Shown: positions 18,892-28,930, counted from the first letter of the whole stretch. The stretch: DNA of 62,486 nt, filler included, from Candidatus Fermentibacterota bacterium (GCA_016928395.1; 4 parts of 4 records of this genome joined end to end with filler, not necessarily neighbours in it); one strand, 5' to 3'. Translations and numbers: made by a program. The notes: generated by a model not told the origin, from the sequence alone.

Positions 18892-20665
18892 CTTCCTGGT
18901 CTCGATCGTGGGTCAGGTGGTACGTGGCGAATCGGAGATTGCCCCGGCCGGGAATGCGGGCACCGTGAGGGCAGTCGCCCTCGAGGGAATAGAACAGTTG
19001 AAGGCGACCACGCACCATGCCCGAAGCTTCCACACGGATCATATAGCTTCGACCTCGTGAATCCGGTATGGCCGGGAAGTCCAGGAACAGGTAGCGGCCG
19101 TCTCGAATCTCGGCTCCGGATATCGTTCGTGACGCAACCAGCTCCCGACTCGCCCGATCCATCAGCGAGAGGACAACGGTTCCCTTCACGGGCAGCCCGT
19201 GGGTTGCGGGAACGATGCCCACCCTGGTGAGATTGTGTCGCGACGAGACAAACGCCTGTCGTTCAGGAAGGCCTGAACCCAGGGAAGGTGTGAGGTCGAC
19301 ACCTTCGCAGCAAGATGTTCCCACGATTAAGTCCAATGGCTCCTCGCCATAGGCTTCGGGCATGACAATCCCAAGAACATAGACGGCGCCGCACAGCGCC
19401 ACAGCCCACGCAGCCACCCGGGCAGGCCTCGGTGCCAGGTACGCCCGCATGCCGATGGCACCCAGGAGCGAGAGTGCAGCGATAGCCGGAAAGGTATGGC
19501 GCCCCTGGGCCTGGCCGGAGTGTTGGAGATTGCCGACAAACGCCACCAGAGTCGCTGTCACTAAGAGGAGCGCGATCCAGCCAACCCGTCGCATCTGGCG
19601 AGATCTAACCAGCACCGCACCAATTCCCATGACCAGCGTCACCGTACACGTCCAGTAGGCTAGGCGAACCCACGGATGAACCGGCACATTCATCCATCCG
19701 AAACGGCCCCAGAATGATTCCCATGCCAGGGGTATCGTGGACAGAGGCTGAAATCTGACCGCGTGCACCACGACCCGCCGCCCCACCACGTGGATGATTC
19801 TATGCCCCATATCGGGCGTCAGCAGCATCACGAATCCAACTGCCAGGATCATCGGCAGCGCATACAAGACAAGGTGGAGCAGCCTTCTGCCTATTCGCTG
19901 TGTACCCACCACAGGTGCAACCACACTACCTGCCACGGCCAGCGGAAGCAGGTTGAACTTGATCGAGACCGCCAGCATCGAAATGACCCCGACGAGGAGA
20001 AACCGAAGGCGCGAGGGCCGGCGAGCGACCTCCATCCAGAGAAAGAGGATGAGAGCCCCCGCAGCCATGGCCAAGGAGTCATTGGAGATCGCGGTGCCGA
20101 TGAACATCACCTGCGGCACGGCCCACATCATGGCCACCGCGGTACCCGACAAGTCGGGGTCCTGCGGTCTGGCCACCGTGCAGGCATGTCCCACGAGGAG
20201 TCCGCACAGCAGGAGGAACAGGAGGCTCAAGGCGCGCAAGCCCCGGGGAAGGATCACGTCTCCCCAGTTGTAGAAACGCCACGGCTCGTCCCAACATGCG
20301 ACGTCCTCCATCGTGCCGAAATCAAGCCCATTGAGACTCCCGAAGAAACGACTGGCCGCGGCCGCGACCACGTAGTATACCGGAGGTTGGGACGATTCCG
20401 CCTTGAGGTTCTGGGGAAGCTCGGATACCCCGTGGGTCAGGGTGTAGAGGCCGTACTTGCGGACATAGGCGACATTGGCCAGATGGTACGGCTCGTCTGG
20501 CGCCTCCCACAGGGGAACGACGAAGAGATAGGCGGTTCCCATCGTGGCCCCAAGAAGCAGCTCAGGCCAGAGGCGCCGTAGCGTGAGCCGCCAGGGCGCG
20601 GCCTTGGAACCTCCGCCGGGGGTCTGCTTCCGGGCGGCCGTGGGGTGCCTGCCGGCTTCATTCAT
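18872..20665 (-). CDS. GT-C fold membrane glycosyltransferase, paralog of the next gene
   Basis: PLWEAPDEPYH, QPPVYY, ISND, SFWGRFGW, AQGRH. Confidence 0.78.
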   Translation of the reverse strand: MNEAGRHPTAARKQTPGGGSKAAPWRLTLRRLWPELLLGATMGTAYLFVVPLWEAPDEPYHLANVAYVRKYGLYTLTHGVSELPQNLKAESSQPPVYYVVAAAASRFFGSLNGLDFGTMEDVACWDEPWRFYNWGDVILPRGLRALSLLFLLLCGLLVGHACTVARPQDPDLSGTAVAMMWAVPQVMFIGTAISNDSLAMAAGALILFLWMEVARRPSRLRFLLVGVISMLAVSIKFNLLPLAVAGSVVAPVVGTQRIGRRLLHLVLYALPMILAVGFVMLLTPDMGHRIIHVVGRRVVVHAVRFQPLSTIPLAWESFWGRFGWMNVPVHPWVRLAYWTCTVTLVMGIGAVLVRSRQMRRVGWIALLLVTATLVAFVGNLQHSGQAQGRHTFPAIAALSLLGAIGMRAYLAPRPARVAAWAVALCGAVYVLGIVMPEAYGEEPLDLIVGTSCCEGVDLTPSLGSGLPERQAFVSSRHNLTRVGIVPATHGLPVKGTVVLSLMDRASRELVASRTISGAEIRDGRYLFLDFPAIPDSRGRSYMIRVEASGMVRGRLQLFYSLEGDCPHGARIPGRGNLRFATYHLTHDRDQEDVSREH

Positions 20666-21476
20666 CGAAGAGGTCTCCCTGCTCGGGACCAGACTTTTGG
20701 CCAAGAAGACGCTTCATGAGCAGGGCATTGCGGGCCGCATGACCCGCGTGGCAGTTATTGAAGAACACGAAGACTTTGGCGGCGCGCTGCCTGAGAGTGC
20801 GAATCCGGTCGACCCACGGACGGAGTTCATCCTCCCGGTAGGCATAGTGATAGCGCTCCTCGGCGCCGCCACCCCACCACGAAGCGGCATTGCGCCCGTG
20901 GAAGCGCACGTAGCCCTTGTCGCCAGTCAGGAAGGCCTCGGAGGGCATCAGGCCCGGCAGTTCAGGCTCGTCTACCGAGCAGAAGTACAGCCCGTTGGCC
21001 TGGAGGAAGCCCAAGACCCCGGGTGTCGCCCAGCCGGCATTACGGAACTCCACGAACAACTGGGATCGCCTGAAATGGTGGGAGAGCAGCAGAAGGTGTT
21101 CCCGGGTTTCCTTGGCATTGCGGAACGACCACGGGAACTGGGCGAGGACGCCGGCCAGTTTGCCCCGCTCCTCCAGCGGCGCAACGGACTTCTTGAACTG
21201 GTCGATATTCGCCTGCAGCCCGGTACGGTCATGGGTGATGCTTCGGTGCAGCTTGACGGTAAAGAGGAAGCCCAAAGGAGTACGATCGGCCATGCGGGCA
21301 CACATCGTCGGATGGAGGATCTTGTAGTAGGTGCTGTTTATCTCCACGCAGTCGAAGAACCGGACATAGTAGTCAAGCATCTTAGAGTCGGGCAGATCGG
21401 CCGGGTAGAAGGGGCCGCGCCAGTCCTTGAAGCTGTAGCCAGATGTGCCGATTCTCAGCTCGGCGAGTTCATCCAC
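20658..21476 (-). CDS. DUF72 domain protein
   Basis: IGTSGYSFKDW..FYP, VEINSTYY, QFPWSF, VEFRN, YVRFHGRN, FFNN. Confidence 0.92.
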   Translation of the reverse strand: MDELAELRIGTSGYSFKDWRGPFYPADLPDSKMLDYYVRFFDCVEINSTYYKILHPTMCARMADRTPLGFLFTVKLHRSITHDRTGLQANIDQFKKSVAPLEERGKLAGVLAQFPWSFRNAKETREHLLLLSHHFRRSQLFVEFRNAGWATPGVLGFLQANGLYFCSVDEPELPGLMPSEAFLTGDKGYVRFHGRNAASWWGGGAEERYHYAYREDELRPWVDRIRTLRQRAAKVFVFFNNCHAGHAARNALLMKRLLGQKSGPEQGDLFDE

Positions 21477-21693
21477 GGTGTCGCACCTCGTTGCCTGGGC
21501 AGGCGCTCAGGGTTCACGGTAGCAGGGTTCGGGAGCGAGGTTGACGCTGAGAAACAAGTGTTCCATCCCGAATTCCGACTACCTGCGCAGTCACCGCCAG
21601 TTTATCCCCGGTGCCGCCATCAGGCAACACCCGGTAGGGGAGTGGGCATGATAACGAGCGCAGCAAGGCGGGGCACTGCCAGCGACGCGAACC

Positions 21694-21749
21694 AGTAGGC
21701 AGTCAGCAGTAGGCAGTCAGCAGTCGGGAGTAGGCAGTCAGCAGTCGGG
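21694..21749 (+). repeat. Tandem heptamer repeat (AGTAGGC/AGTCAGC/AGTCGGG, 8 units)
   Basis: Read directly in intergenic DNA. Confidence 0.85.
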
Positions 21750-21814
21750 AGTAGAGCAAGGAGAGGCGGTAGATACCCGACTGAACCCCGAACCCTGGGA
21801 ACTGCGAGCGGGAC

Positions 21815-21999
21815 CCTTTGTTTGAAGAGAAGCTGGGAAGCTCGCGCTCCCGCTCGTAGTCGAATACCCGGCTCGACGATTGCGACACCGATAGCGAGAC
21901 CGACCCCGATTCTCCCAGGCGGGCGACCAGGGGCGGTCGCCCCTACGGGGGCAACGGGGCCACCATGATCTCCGTAGGGGCGGGACTCTGTGCCCGCCC
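21815..21999. repeat. Composite repeat with a pair of GTAG-type REP-like hairpins (21921-21946 minus, 21974-21999 plus)
   Basis: GTAGGGGCG-hairpin units; the doublet is near-identical to 62384-62458. Confidence 0.8.
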
Positions 22000-22122
22000 G
22001 TGCAGCTCGTGGTCGAATGAGCGGCTTATCGACTACGATTAGACAACGATTATGACCCCGGCCCGTGGGCAGGGTCATAGCTCCCGTACGGAAGAAGCCC
22101 CAAAGCCGGGCCGTACACAGCA

Positions 22123-22151
22123 CGAGGCGGCGCCTCGGGGGCGCCGCCTCG
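22123..22151 (-). terminator. Strong hairpin after the stop at 22175
   Basis: CGAGGCGGCGCC...GGCGCCGCCTCG 12-bp stem. Confidence 0.5.
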
Positions 22152-22174
22152 GATTCGTCAGGCTTCGGCTTCTG

Positions 22175-24349
22175 CTACCTCAGCAGCACCACCTTGCCTG
22201 TCTGGACAAAAGCGTCGCCGCAGCGGACGCGGTACACGTAGGTGCTGGATGCCGCACGGCTGCCCATGGCCGTCAGGCCAGGCCACGCGATGGTGTAGGT
22301 GCCCGGCGCCATGTCCTCGCGCTCCAGAGTCCATACCTCGCGGCCCGCCAGGTCATAGACCTTCAGGCTCATCGGGGTCTGAGCCGGCAGCGAGAGCCGG
22401 AACTCAACCGCGTCGCCGTTCTTCGCCTGGATCGAATAGGCAAACGGCAGGGCCTCGCCTACCGATACCGTGAGAGGCCCGTGCTCCGCGGTGGCACCGT
22501 CGAAGCTGACGTCAACCAGCTTGTAGAGGTAGGTGCCGGCTGTGAGGCCCTCGTCGCGGTACTGGTATACACTCGGATCCAGGGTCGTTCCCGCTCCCTG
22601 AATCAGGTCCTGGTTCACGCGCGCGAACGCCTCGACTCCCGCCGCCTTGCGCAGCAGGTAGTAGCCGAGGTTCTCATGCTCGGTCGCCGTCTCCCACCGC
22701 AACTGGGCAAAGCCTGCGCCGCCGACCCCGCTGAAGCTCGAAAGCTCGACCGGAACGTTGTTCTGATCGGGGCCGAACATGAGGGCGAGGTTCGAGCCGA
22801 AGAGCGGGCCAGGCGTGTTGACGGTCGAACCCGTCAGACGTCGGTACTCGATGTAGTTCAGCCCATCCTGATTGACGATCCCCACGACATGGGAATCCGA
22901 GGTGTAGTTAAAGGTGGGCCCCAACTCATCTTCGTTGTACTGGACCTTGATGTTCCCATTGGGATAGATGATCACCTGGGCGGTCAGGTGATCATCGAGA
23001 TCGTTGGTGGCGTTGTACTCGGGGCAATGCCAGAACGTAACGACCATTCCACCGCCACCGGCGCCGTAGTAGACCGCGCGATCGGGGATCGGTTCGGTGT
23101 TCGCATTGAGATCCTGACCCATCCAGTACACCGCCGGTCGGATAGTTGCACCGGTTCCCATGGCTCCGTTGTAGATGCTCTCGCTGACGCCCGTCAGATC
23201 TCCGAAGTAGATCTTGCCGTTGGAGCAGATGCAGAACTGGGTGTAGTCTGTGCCCATGAACGGGAAGGTGAACCCGAAGTCGTAGGGCCCCACCCAGTCG
23301 TCGTCACCCAAGACACCATCTGATCCGTCGGCACCTCCGTTGGTCCCGGCCAGATCGACGTATGTCCCCGTTGCACTGATGTCGATCCAATTGTAGACTG
23401 GATGACTGGGCGCAGCAGTCGCCAACGAGTTCGCAAAGTAGTAGCCGCCACCACTGCCCCAGTTGGGATCAGCGATCGTGGTGAACTCCCAGATATCGCA
23501 TGAGCCCGGGCTACCGTAGCCATTGTAGGGGACGATCTCCCAGTAATAGGTCGTGCTGAAGTCCAGCCCTGTGTACGGGTAGGTGGTCACATTCCCGAGG
23601 TCCGTGCCGTTTACGATATTAGTCGGGCGAACCGTGCCGCCACCGTCGGATCCGAAATACAGGTAGTAGCCAGTCGCGCCTGCTGCCGCGCTCCAATTGA
23701 GGGATCCATCAGGGGCTTCCGCATCCGTCGCCATGTCGGCAGGCGACATCGGCGAAGCGCACCCCGGGGGAGTCGCAAAGTCAGCGATGGTGATGTCGTC
23801 AAGACAGATGTCGTAGTAGAAGGAAGAACTCTCCATCGCCCTGAATCGGATCTGTGTCGCCACGGAGACATAGGGCGTCAGGTCCACATACCCCAGGGAC
23901 CAACCATTGCTCGCGCCGACAGTCACTACGTCGTTGTGCCATACGGAGCCGTCATAGACATCGACCACGAGATTAGACACGGGCTGCGCAGCACCTCGCC
24001 CAATCCAGTAGTAGAAGCTCACGCCCGGATCCGTCAGACTGGTGATGTCGTATGCAGGAGAGATTAAATTCGTGGGCGTCACGGTCGGGGTAGAATCATC
24101 CACCCACGCCACGTACTGGCCGGGGTCGGCGGTATGGTCTACGGTGGCCCCGTACGAACATGGATTGCTGCTCGTTCCCGAGGGGATCTGGAACAGCCAA
24201 TCTTCCCCGGAATCGCCGGCATCATTCGTCCAGCCGGGAGGAATGGCACCACCATTCTCGAAGTCGACGAAGACCGGGAACTGGGCTGATGCCGGCATGC
24301 TCATCAGCATGAAAAGACCGGCGAGACAGACGAGTAGAGAGCGTCGCAT
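22175..24349 (-). CDS. Secreted multidomain protein (MAM-like, FN3-like, PVELSSF module, FlgD-Ig-like C-terminal domain)
   Basis: GAGGAGG SD; signal peptide; VDFE..PPGW, DICLDDI; TTYYWEIVP; PVELSSF; LKVYDLAGREV..TIAW..YVYRV..GKVVLLR. Confidence 0.82.
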   Translation of the reverse strand: MRRSLLVCLAGLFMLMSMPASAQFPVFVDFENGGAIPPGWTNDAGDSGEDWLFQIPSGTSSNPCSYGATVDHTADPGQYVAWVDDSTPTVTPTNLISPAYDITSLTDPGVSFYYWIGRGAAQPVSNLVVDVYDGSVWHNDVVTVGASNGWSLGYVDLTPYVSVATQIRFRAMESSSFYYDICLDDITIADFATPPGCASPMSPADMATDAEAPDGSLNWSAAAGATGYYLYFGSDGGGTVRPTNIVNGTDLGNVTTYPYTGLDFSTTYYWEIVPYNGYGSPGSCDIWEFTTIADPNWGSGGGYYFANSLATAAPSHPVYNWIDISATGTYVDLAGTNGGADGSDGVLGDDDWVGPYDFGFTFPFMGTDYTQFCICSNGKIYFGDLTGVSESIYNGAMGTGATIRPAVYWMGQDLNANTEPIPDRAVYYGAGGGGMVVTFWHCPEYNATNDLDDHLTAQVIIYPNGNIKVQYNEDELGPTFNYTSDSHVVGIVNQDGLNYIEYRRLTGSTVNTPGPLFGSNLALMFGPDQNNVPVELSSFSGVGGAGFAQLRWETATEHENLGYYLLRKAAGVEAFARVNQDLIQGAGTTLDPSVYQYRDEGLTAGTYLYKLVDVSFDGATAEHGPLTVSVGEALPFAYSIQAKNGDAVEFRLSLPAQTPMSLKVYDLAGREVWTLEREDMAPGTYTIAWPGLTAMGSRAASSTYVYRVRCGDAFVQTGKVVLLR

Positions 24350-24705
24350 GCAGTAACCTCCTCTTGCACGATAACGACAGCGTGCGGTACTGGGCCTCGT
24401 ATGGCCTCAGTTCCACGCTCTGAGCTGACGCGAGACAACCTCTGAGGTGGGGGAAGGCCACACCTGGTTGCCATCAAGGTGGCGAGCGGTGGGCTTCTCG
24501 GCTAGGGCGGGCGAATCCGATAACGCATGGGTTGCTCCTTCCGGTACCGGTGATCGAAGCCGCAGACGCGTCGCCGAGGGGCGCCCCGACGACACTATCC
24601 GCACGAACCCATCAAGAACTTGCTCCAAGTGTACCAGAGCCGACGCCTGCGGTCAAGCCGCCGTTGTATGCCCGCGGCCACCGGTGGTGCCGACGTCAGC
24701 CCCTA

Positions 24706-25209
24706 CTAGAGGTTCCACGCCTCCAGTTGGATGCGTTCAGCAGGAGTGTCGAGCCATATCCTGAGTTGAAGGCCTTCGACTCCCATCCCGATTTGGCCGT
24801 GGACGGCATTGCCTTTCAGGAGTGAGCCTTGGGCGATCCAGTAGGAGTCAAACTCCGTGGGGCGCGAATCCACGAATGACGTGCGGATCCTGGCATTGGA
24901 GAGCCGGTAGGAGATCCCGTCGGCGGTCCACGAGTTGTCGACGATCCGCTCCATGTTCTCCACATACTGAGTCACGTAGATGCTCTTGTACCAGTAGCTC
25001 TCGCTCACCATCATGGAGAACCCCGGGGCGGTGACGCTGCCCTGGGTCGACTGCTGATGCTCGAACTCGGCGCCTGAGCCGCTGATGTCGAAGGAGTACG
25101 AACCCTGCTCGGTCAGGTCGGCAGAGTAACTGATGCCGTCATGGATGTAGGTGCCAAGGAGCGTCGCCGCGGAAGAGCCTCCATGGTCAGTCATGTTGCC
25201 GCTTCGCAA
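24706..25209 (-). CDS. Hypothetical protein, possibly a 5'-truncated fragment
   Basis: Coding-like beta-rich sequence with no signal peptide or clear SD. Confidence 0.5.
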   Translation of the reverse strand: MRSGNMTDHGGSSAATLLGTYIHDGISYSADLTEQGSYSFDISGSGAEFEHQQSTQGSVTAPGFSMMVSESYWYKSIYVTQYVENMERIVDNSWTADGISYRLSNARIRTSFVDSRPTEFDSYWIAQGSLLKGNAVHGQIGMGVEGLQLRIWLDTPAERIQLEAWNL

Positions 25210-25306
25210 TCATGCGCCCGTCAGCCGTCGTGTCACGATGGTCTGATCATGAGCGCCTCGGGGCCCGCAGCGGATCATGACAGATTCCGTGGATCGTCTC
25301 TGACCA

Positions 25307-25328
25307 ACTATTCTAATATTAGAATAGT
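25307..25328. repeat. 22-bp perfect palindrome ACTATTCTAATATTAGAATAGT (copy 2)
   Basis: Same core as 5859-5878; stem extends CTCTGAC...GTCAGAG with a bulge. Confidence 0.9.
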
Positions 25329-25470
25329 CAGAGTCCTGACGGTCTTCTCGACACCGGGACAGCGCCGCACAGTGGGAGCCTGAGATTCGGAACCGGTGCG
25401 AAGGGAACCGGCTTCCCGCCGTTCACCTCGAGGGATCAGAGGCCGCGGAATCGCCAGCATGTTGGAATCG

Positions 25471-27249
25471 TCACAGAGGTTGGGGCTCAGGCACACCAAC
25501 CCAGGCATGAGCCTCGGCGGTCAGATCAACCGACGCGGGCACGAGGGCCTCCTCCAGCCTTCTGAAGAGCCAGGCGGCCTCCAGGTACTCCGGCGATGCC
25601 GGGCAGATCCGGAAGAACTCGCGGCTTCCCACGACCAGCAGGAGCTTCCGGGCGCGAGTGATAGAGACATTGAGGCGGTTGGTGCTCAGGATGAAGTCGA
25701 TCTCGTCGGCCATGAACCACCCATCCGACACCGTCAGCGAGAGTACTATCACGTTGCGCTCCTGGCCCTGCATGCGCTCCACGGTATCCACGACAATTGG
25801 CGCCGCGGCATCCGGGCCCAGATGCCGCCACAACCGGTCGGTGATCTCGCGAACCTGGGCACGGTGGGGTGCGACCACGGCGATCTCGGCGGGCTCGATA
25901 CCCTGATCCACCACGAGGGCAGTCACCAGCCTGGCCACCGCCTCGGCCTCGGGGGGGCTGACAGGACCATAGCCTTGATGATTGACCCAGAGGGCCCGCA
26001 TGGGCCCTTTAATCCGCCACAGGGGGCCAAACTCCGGCTGGCGCAACTCTTTGGACGCCGTACCGATGGCAGGATCCTCGGACATGTTGCTCTGCAACTG
26101 GGCGCCGTAGAAGGCTTCCGAGGGGAAGCGACACAATCCCGGCGGCAACCGGTAGCTCTTTTGCAGCATGAACATCCGATGGGGATACAAGGCGGCCAGA
26201 TGACCAAACACCGATGATGCCGCCGTCGTATCGAGATGGGTCGCGCTGAAGACGGGCGGGAGTTGGCGATGATCGCCGGCCAGGACCGCGCTTTCCCGAC
26301 CCCTGGCCAGAGCCACCGCCGCGTGGGCGAGAGGAAGCTGGCCCGCTTCATCAATGATCACGACATCGAAGCGTTTCTCCCGGGGGAGGCGGGTCAAGGC
26401 GAAGACCGTCGAGCCTATCACCGCCACACGGCGCGAGAAACCGAGACGGTGAGGCTGCGTGCAGGGTATGGCGGGATCAAGGTCGGCCGATCGCCGGCCG
26501 AGCTTCACTACCGGGGTCTTTGGGTCGGCGGCCATCACGGCCTGAAGCACATTGTCTATGGCGCGATGGGTGAATGCGGTGATCAGCACGCTTTGACCGC
26601 GGGAAGCCAGAGCCTTCACCACGGCGGCCAGCACCAGTGTCTTGCCCGTGCCCGGGGGGCCGTGGATCAGAGTCAGCCGGTGGGATAGAGCCTCCGTTGC
26701 GGCGCGCTCCTGCGAGAGGTCGAGGCCGGGAGGGGGGGCCTGGGCGGTGGCGGTGTCGTCAGTCTGTTCTCCCAAAAGAAGGGAGAGCAGATGGTGATCA
26801 TCGGCCGAGGCATCCCGCACAGCCGCGGCAAGGCGGGGGGTCGTGGTGTCGGACGACACATAGTCCAATGTCCACACGTCTCCTCTCAGCGCAACCTCGC
26901 CGCTTCCGAGCACTTCCAGGGTGACCGTTCGCGCCAGAGGATCCACGCGGCCCACCACCACCTGCACTCCCGTGCCGATTTCCGGGCCCACGGGCTTGCC
27001 CCGGTTCAAGACCATCCAATCGCCTTCCCGCAGCTTGCAGGCCTGGAGTGGAAAGCGGAAGCGGAGTGCGCGGCCATGGGCATCCAGCGGCGCCAGATCG
27101 GTCATGCACATGCCCTTGGCCACCCGTTCATCCACCGGCAGCTCGTGGAGGAGCAGCGTCGCCCTGCGGGATGTCCGCTGTTCCGTGAGCAAGAAGCGGA
27201 CGAGCCGGTTCTCGATGTCGCCGGCGTAAAGAGGCGGTGTCTCAGTCAT
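25471..27249 (-). CDS. Superfamily 1 Dna2/Upf1(NAM7)-like helicase
   Basis: GPPGTGKT, AFTHRAIDN, DEAGQ, GDHRQLPP, SYR, TVERMQGQER, RLNVSITRAR. Confidence 0.9.
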   Translation of the reverse strand: MTETPPLYAGDIENRLVRFLLTEQRTSRRATLLLHELPVDERVAKGMCMTDLAPLDAHGRALRFRFPLQACKLREGDWMVLNRGKPVGPEIGTGVQVVVGRVDPLARTVTLEVLGSGEVALRGDVWTLDYVSSDTTTPRLAAAVRDASADDHHLLSLLLGEQTDDTATAQAPPPGLDLSQERAATEALSHRLTLIHGPPGTGKTLVLAAVVKALASRGQSVLITAFTHRAIDNVLQAVMAADPKTPVVKLGRRSADLDPAIPCTQPHRLGFSRRVAVIGSTVFALTRLPREKRFDVVIIDEAGQLPLAHAAVALARGRESAVLAGDHRQLPPVFSATHLDTTAASSVFGHLAALYPHRMFMLQKSYRLPPGLCRFPSEAFYGAQLQSNMSEDPAIGTASKELRQPEFGPLWRIKGPMRALWVNHQGYGPVSPPEAEAVARLVTALVVDQGIEPAEIAVVAPHRAQVREITDRLWRHLGPDAAAPIVVDTVERMQGQERNVIVLSLTVSDGWFMADEIDFILSTNRLNVSITRARKLLLVVGSREFFRICPASPEYLEAAWLFRRLEEALVPASVDLTAEAHAWVGVPEPQPL

Positions 27250-27255
27250 GGTTCA

Positions 27256-27470
27256 GGAATAGGAGATAGGAGATAGGAGATAGGAGATAGGAGTGGGGAG
27301 GCAGTTGAGGGTGGACAACTTGCGTGAGAGTACATGGGAGATCTCTTGCTCCTACTCGTTCACGCACTCGAATGCCCGGCTCGTCGATTCCGATAGCGAT
27401 TCCGATACCGACCGGTCTGCGCAGCGCGGAGGAGCGTGCAGTCAGGCCTGAACCCCGAACCCTGAACCCT
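27256..27470. repeat. Repeat block between nuclease and helicase: (AGGAGAT)4, partial composite repeat, GGGTTCA-type heptamers
   Basis: Read directly; 27320-27412 (minus) matches the CGAGCCGGGCATTCGAGT...ATGTACTCTCA module. Confidence 0.8.
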
Positions 27471-27471
27471 C

Positions 27472-28914
27472 TCATTTTGATCTCGCATCGGCCTCCAGCC
27501 AGTCCCACAGCGCCATGACCGATCGCAGCGTCTCCTCGCCCTGCGCCAGGAGCGACTGCGCCGCCGCCTCATCCCCGAAGGCCCGCCACGCCACATGGTG
27601 GATAAAGGGAGGCGACTCATCGGACATAGGGTCGAGGCCGGAAGCCGCCAGCACTCGGGCAAGATCGTAGCGCTCCACGGGCAGATACCACCGTCGCCGA
27701 ATGAGCGCCTGGACATCCATCGCGTGCACGAGGATCTGCTCGAGCAGTTCATCCCCCCACCCCATCCACGCCACCAGATCGGCCAAGGCCTCGACGGTCG
27801 AGGGGCCGAAGTACAGGAAGCCCCATGACAGGCCATCCCTGACTGCCTTCGTTGCCTGATGAGCCGCCAACTCCAGGAATGCGCGCACCTTCTTGGCCGC
27901 GTCCCCGTGGTCAGAGGGAATCGCGACGCCGCGATAGGCGCTGAGCCCCTTAGAACGGTCTCGCTTGAGCAGCCCCAGCCGGCACGGCACGGCGGCGGTC
28001 GGATCGGGCGCGGCATCCAGAAACAACTGGACCACGGTTCCCGGCGGCGCCTGCACCTCGCCCGTCGGAAGGATGCGTTCCTCCACGATGGAGCGAGCCT
28101 GCCCCTGGAGCCGTTGCAGCAGATGGCCGTCAACGGCCAAGGCATGGAGGTTCGCCGTGTCCATGGCCACAAGACCTGGAAGGTCTCCGACTCCCGCGGC
28201 CTTGAGCCGTGTGGCGACGGCGGGAGTGAGCCCGGGCACGAGGCTGACATGCCGGCGCTGCCGGGCATCCGCGGCGCAGACGGGATCGAACGGGCATCTC
28301 CCGCAGCGCATAGTGCGGTGAAACACGTCGTCACCAGCGCGCAGCCAGCGGGGGATCAGGTCGGTGACCAACTCGCCGAGAATCGCTTCGCTGGCGAGGC
28401 GAGGGGGCTCGTGGCTCCCGTAGTGGCCATCGATCATGAGAGGATCGGCCACCGGCGTGATTCTCTGCAGGAGCTCAGTGTACACGGCGGCTTGCAGCAC
28501 TTGGGAGGTCTTGAGCCTTCGGGACGACTTGATTTCGATAACCTGGTAGCGGCCGTCGTCACACCGCCGAAGAAGATCGGCCATGCCCCGCACGCCAAGC
28601 TCCGGGCTCATGGGGCCGAGAAGCACCGCCTGTTCGATCCACGGCGACTCGGCTTCGATCAACGCGCATGTCGCTGCGGCGCCACGGTCGAAGTCGCCAG
28701 GCGGATACTCGGGGGTAGCGAGCTGCCCCGGCGGCACCAGTCTCTGGACGACATGCTTCTCATGCTCCTGGCCCAGCCGGGCCAACACCTCGCCGGCCGG
28801 TGTCTCCTCCCAGCGGATTCGGGGACGCGGCTGACCGTCGGTCAGCCAGACGAGGTGGCGCGGGCACTGAAGATCATAGAGATGGGCCAGGGCGGTGACC
28901 GAAACCGTGATCAC
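27472..28914 (-). CDS. TM0106-like RecB/Cas4-type PD-(D/E)xK nuclease with Fe-S cysteines, HhH-like segment and degenerate RNase H-like domain
   Basis: QCPR + RCGRCPFDPVC (1+3 Cys), GMADLL..VIEIKS, QAAVY, VPGLTP..RLKAAGV; start uncertain (28914 or 28959). Confidence 0.8.
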   Translation of the reverse strand: MITVSVTALAHLYDLQCPRHLVWLTDGQPRPRIRWEETPAGEVLARLGQEHEKHVVQRLVPPGQLATPEYPPGDFDRGAAATCALIEAESPWIEQAVLLGPMSPELGVRGMADLLRRCDDGRYQVIEIKSSRRLKTSQVLQAAVYTELLQRITPVADPLMIDGHYGSHEPPRLASEAILGELVTDLIPRWLRAGDDVFHRTMRCGRCPFDPVCAADARQRRHVSLVPGLTPAVATRLKAAGVGDLPGLVAMDTANLHALAVDGHLLQRLQGQARSIVEERILPTGEVQAPPGTVVQLFLDAAPDPTAAVPCRLGLLKRDRSKGLSAYRGVAIPSDHGDAAKKVRAFLELAAHQATKAVRDGLSWGFLYFGPSTVEALADLVAWMGWGDELLEQILVHAMDVQALIRRRWYLPVERYDLARVLAASGLDPMSDESPPFIHHVAWRAFGDEAAAQSLLAQGEETLRSVMALWDWLEADARSK

Positions 28915-28930
28915 TGGCAGGGGAGGATGC

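Noticed and set aside
27472-28914. CRISPR-associated Cas4
   Set aside because: No cas1/cas2 or array; extra domains and the helicase neighbour fit the TM0106/Dna2-like group.
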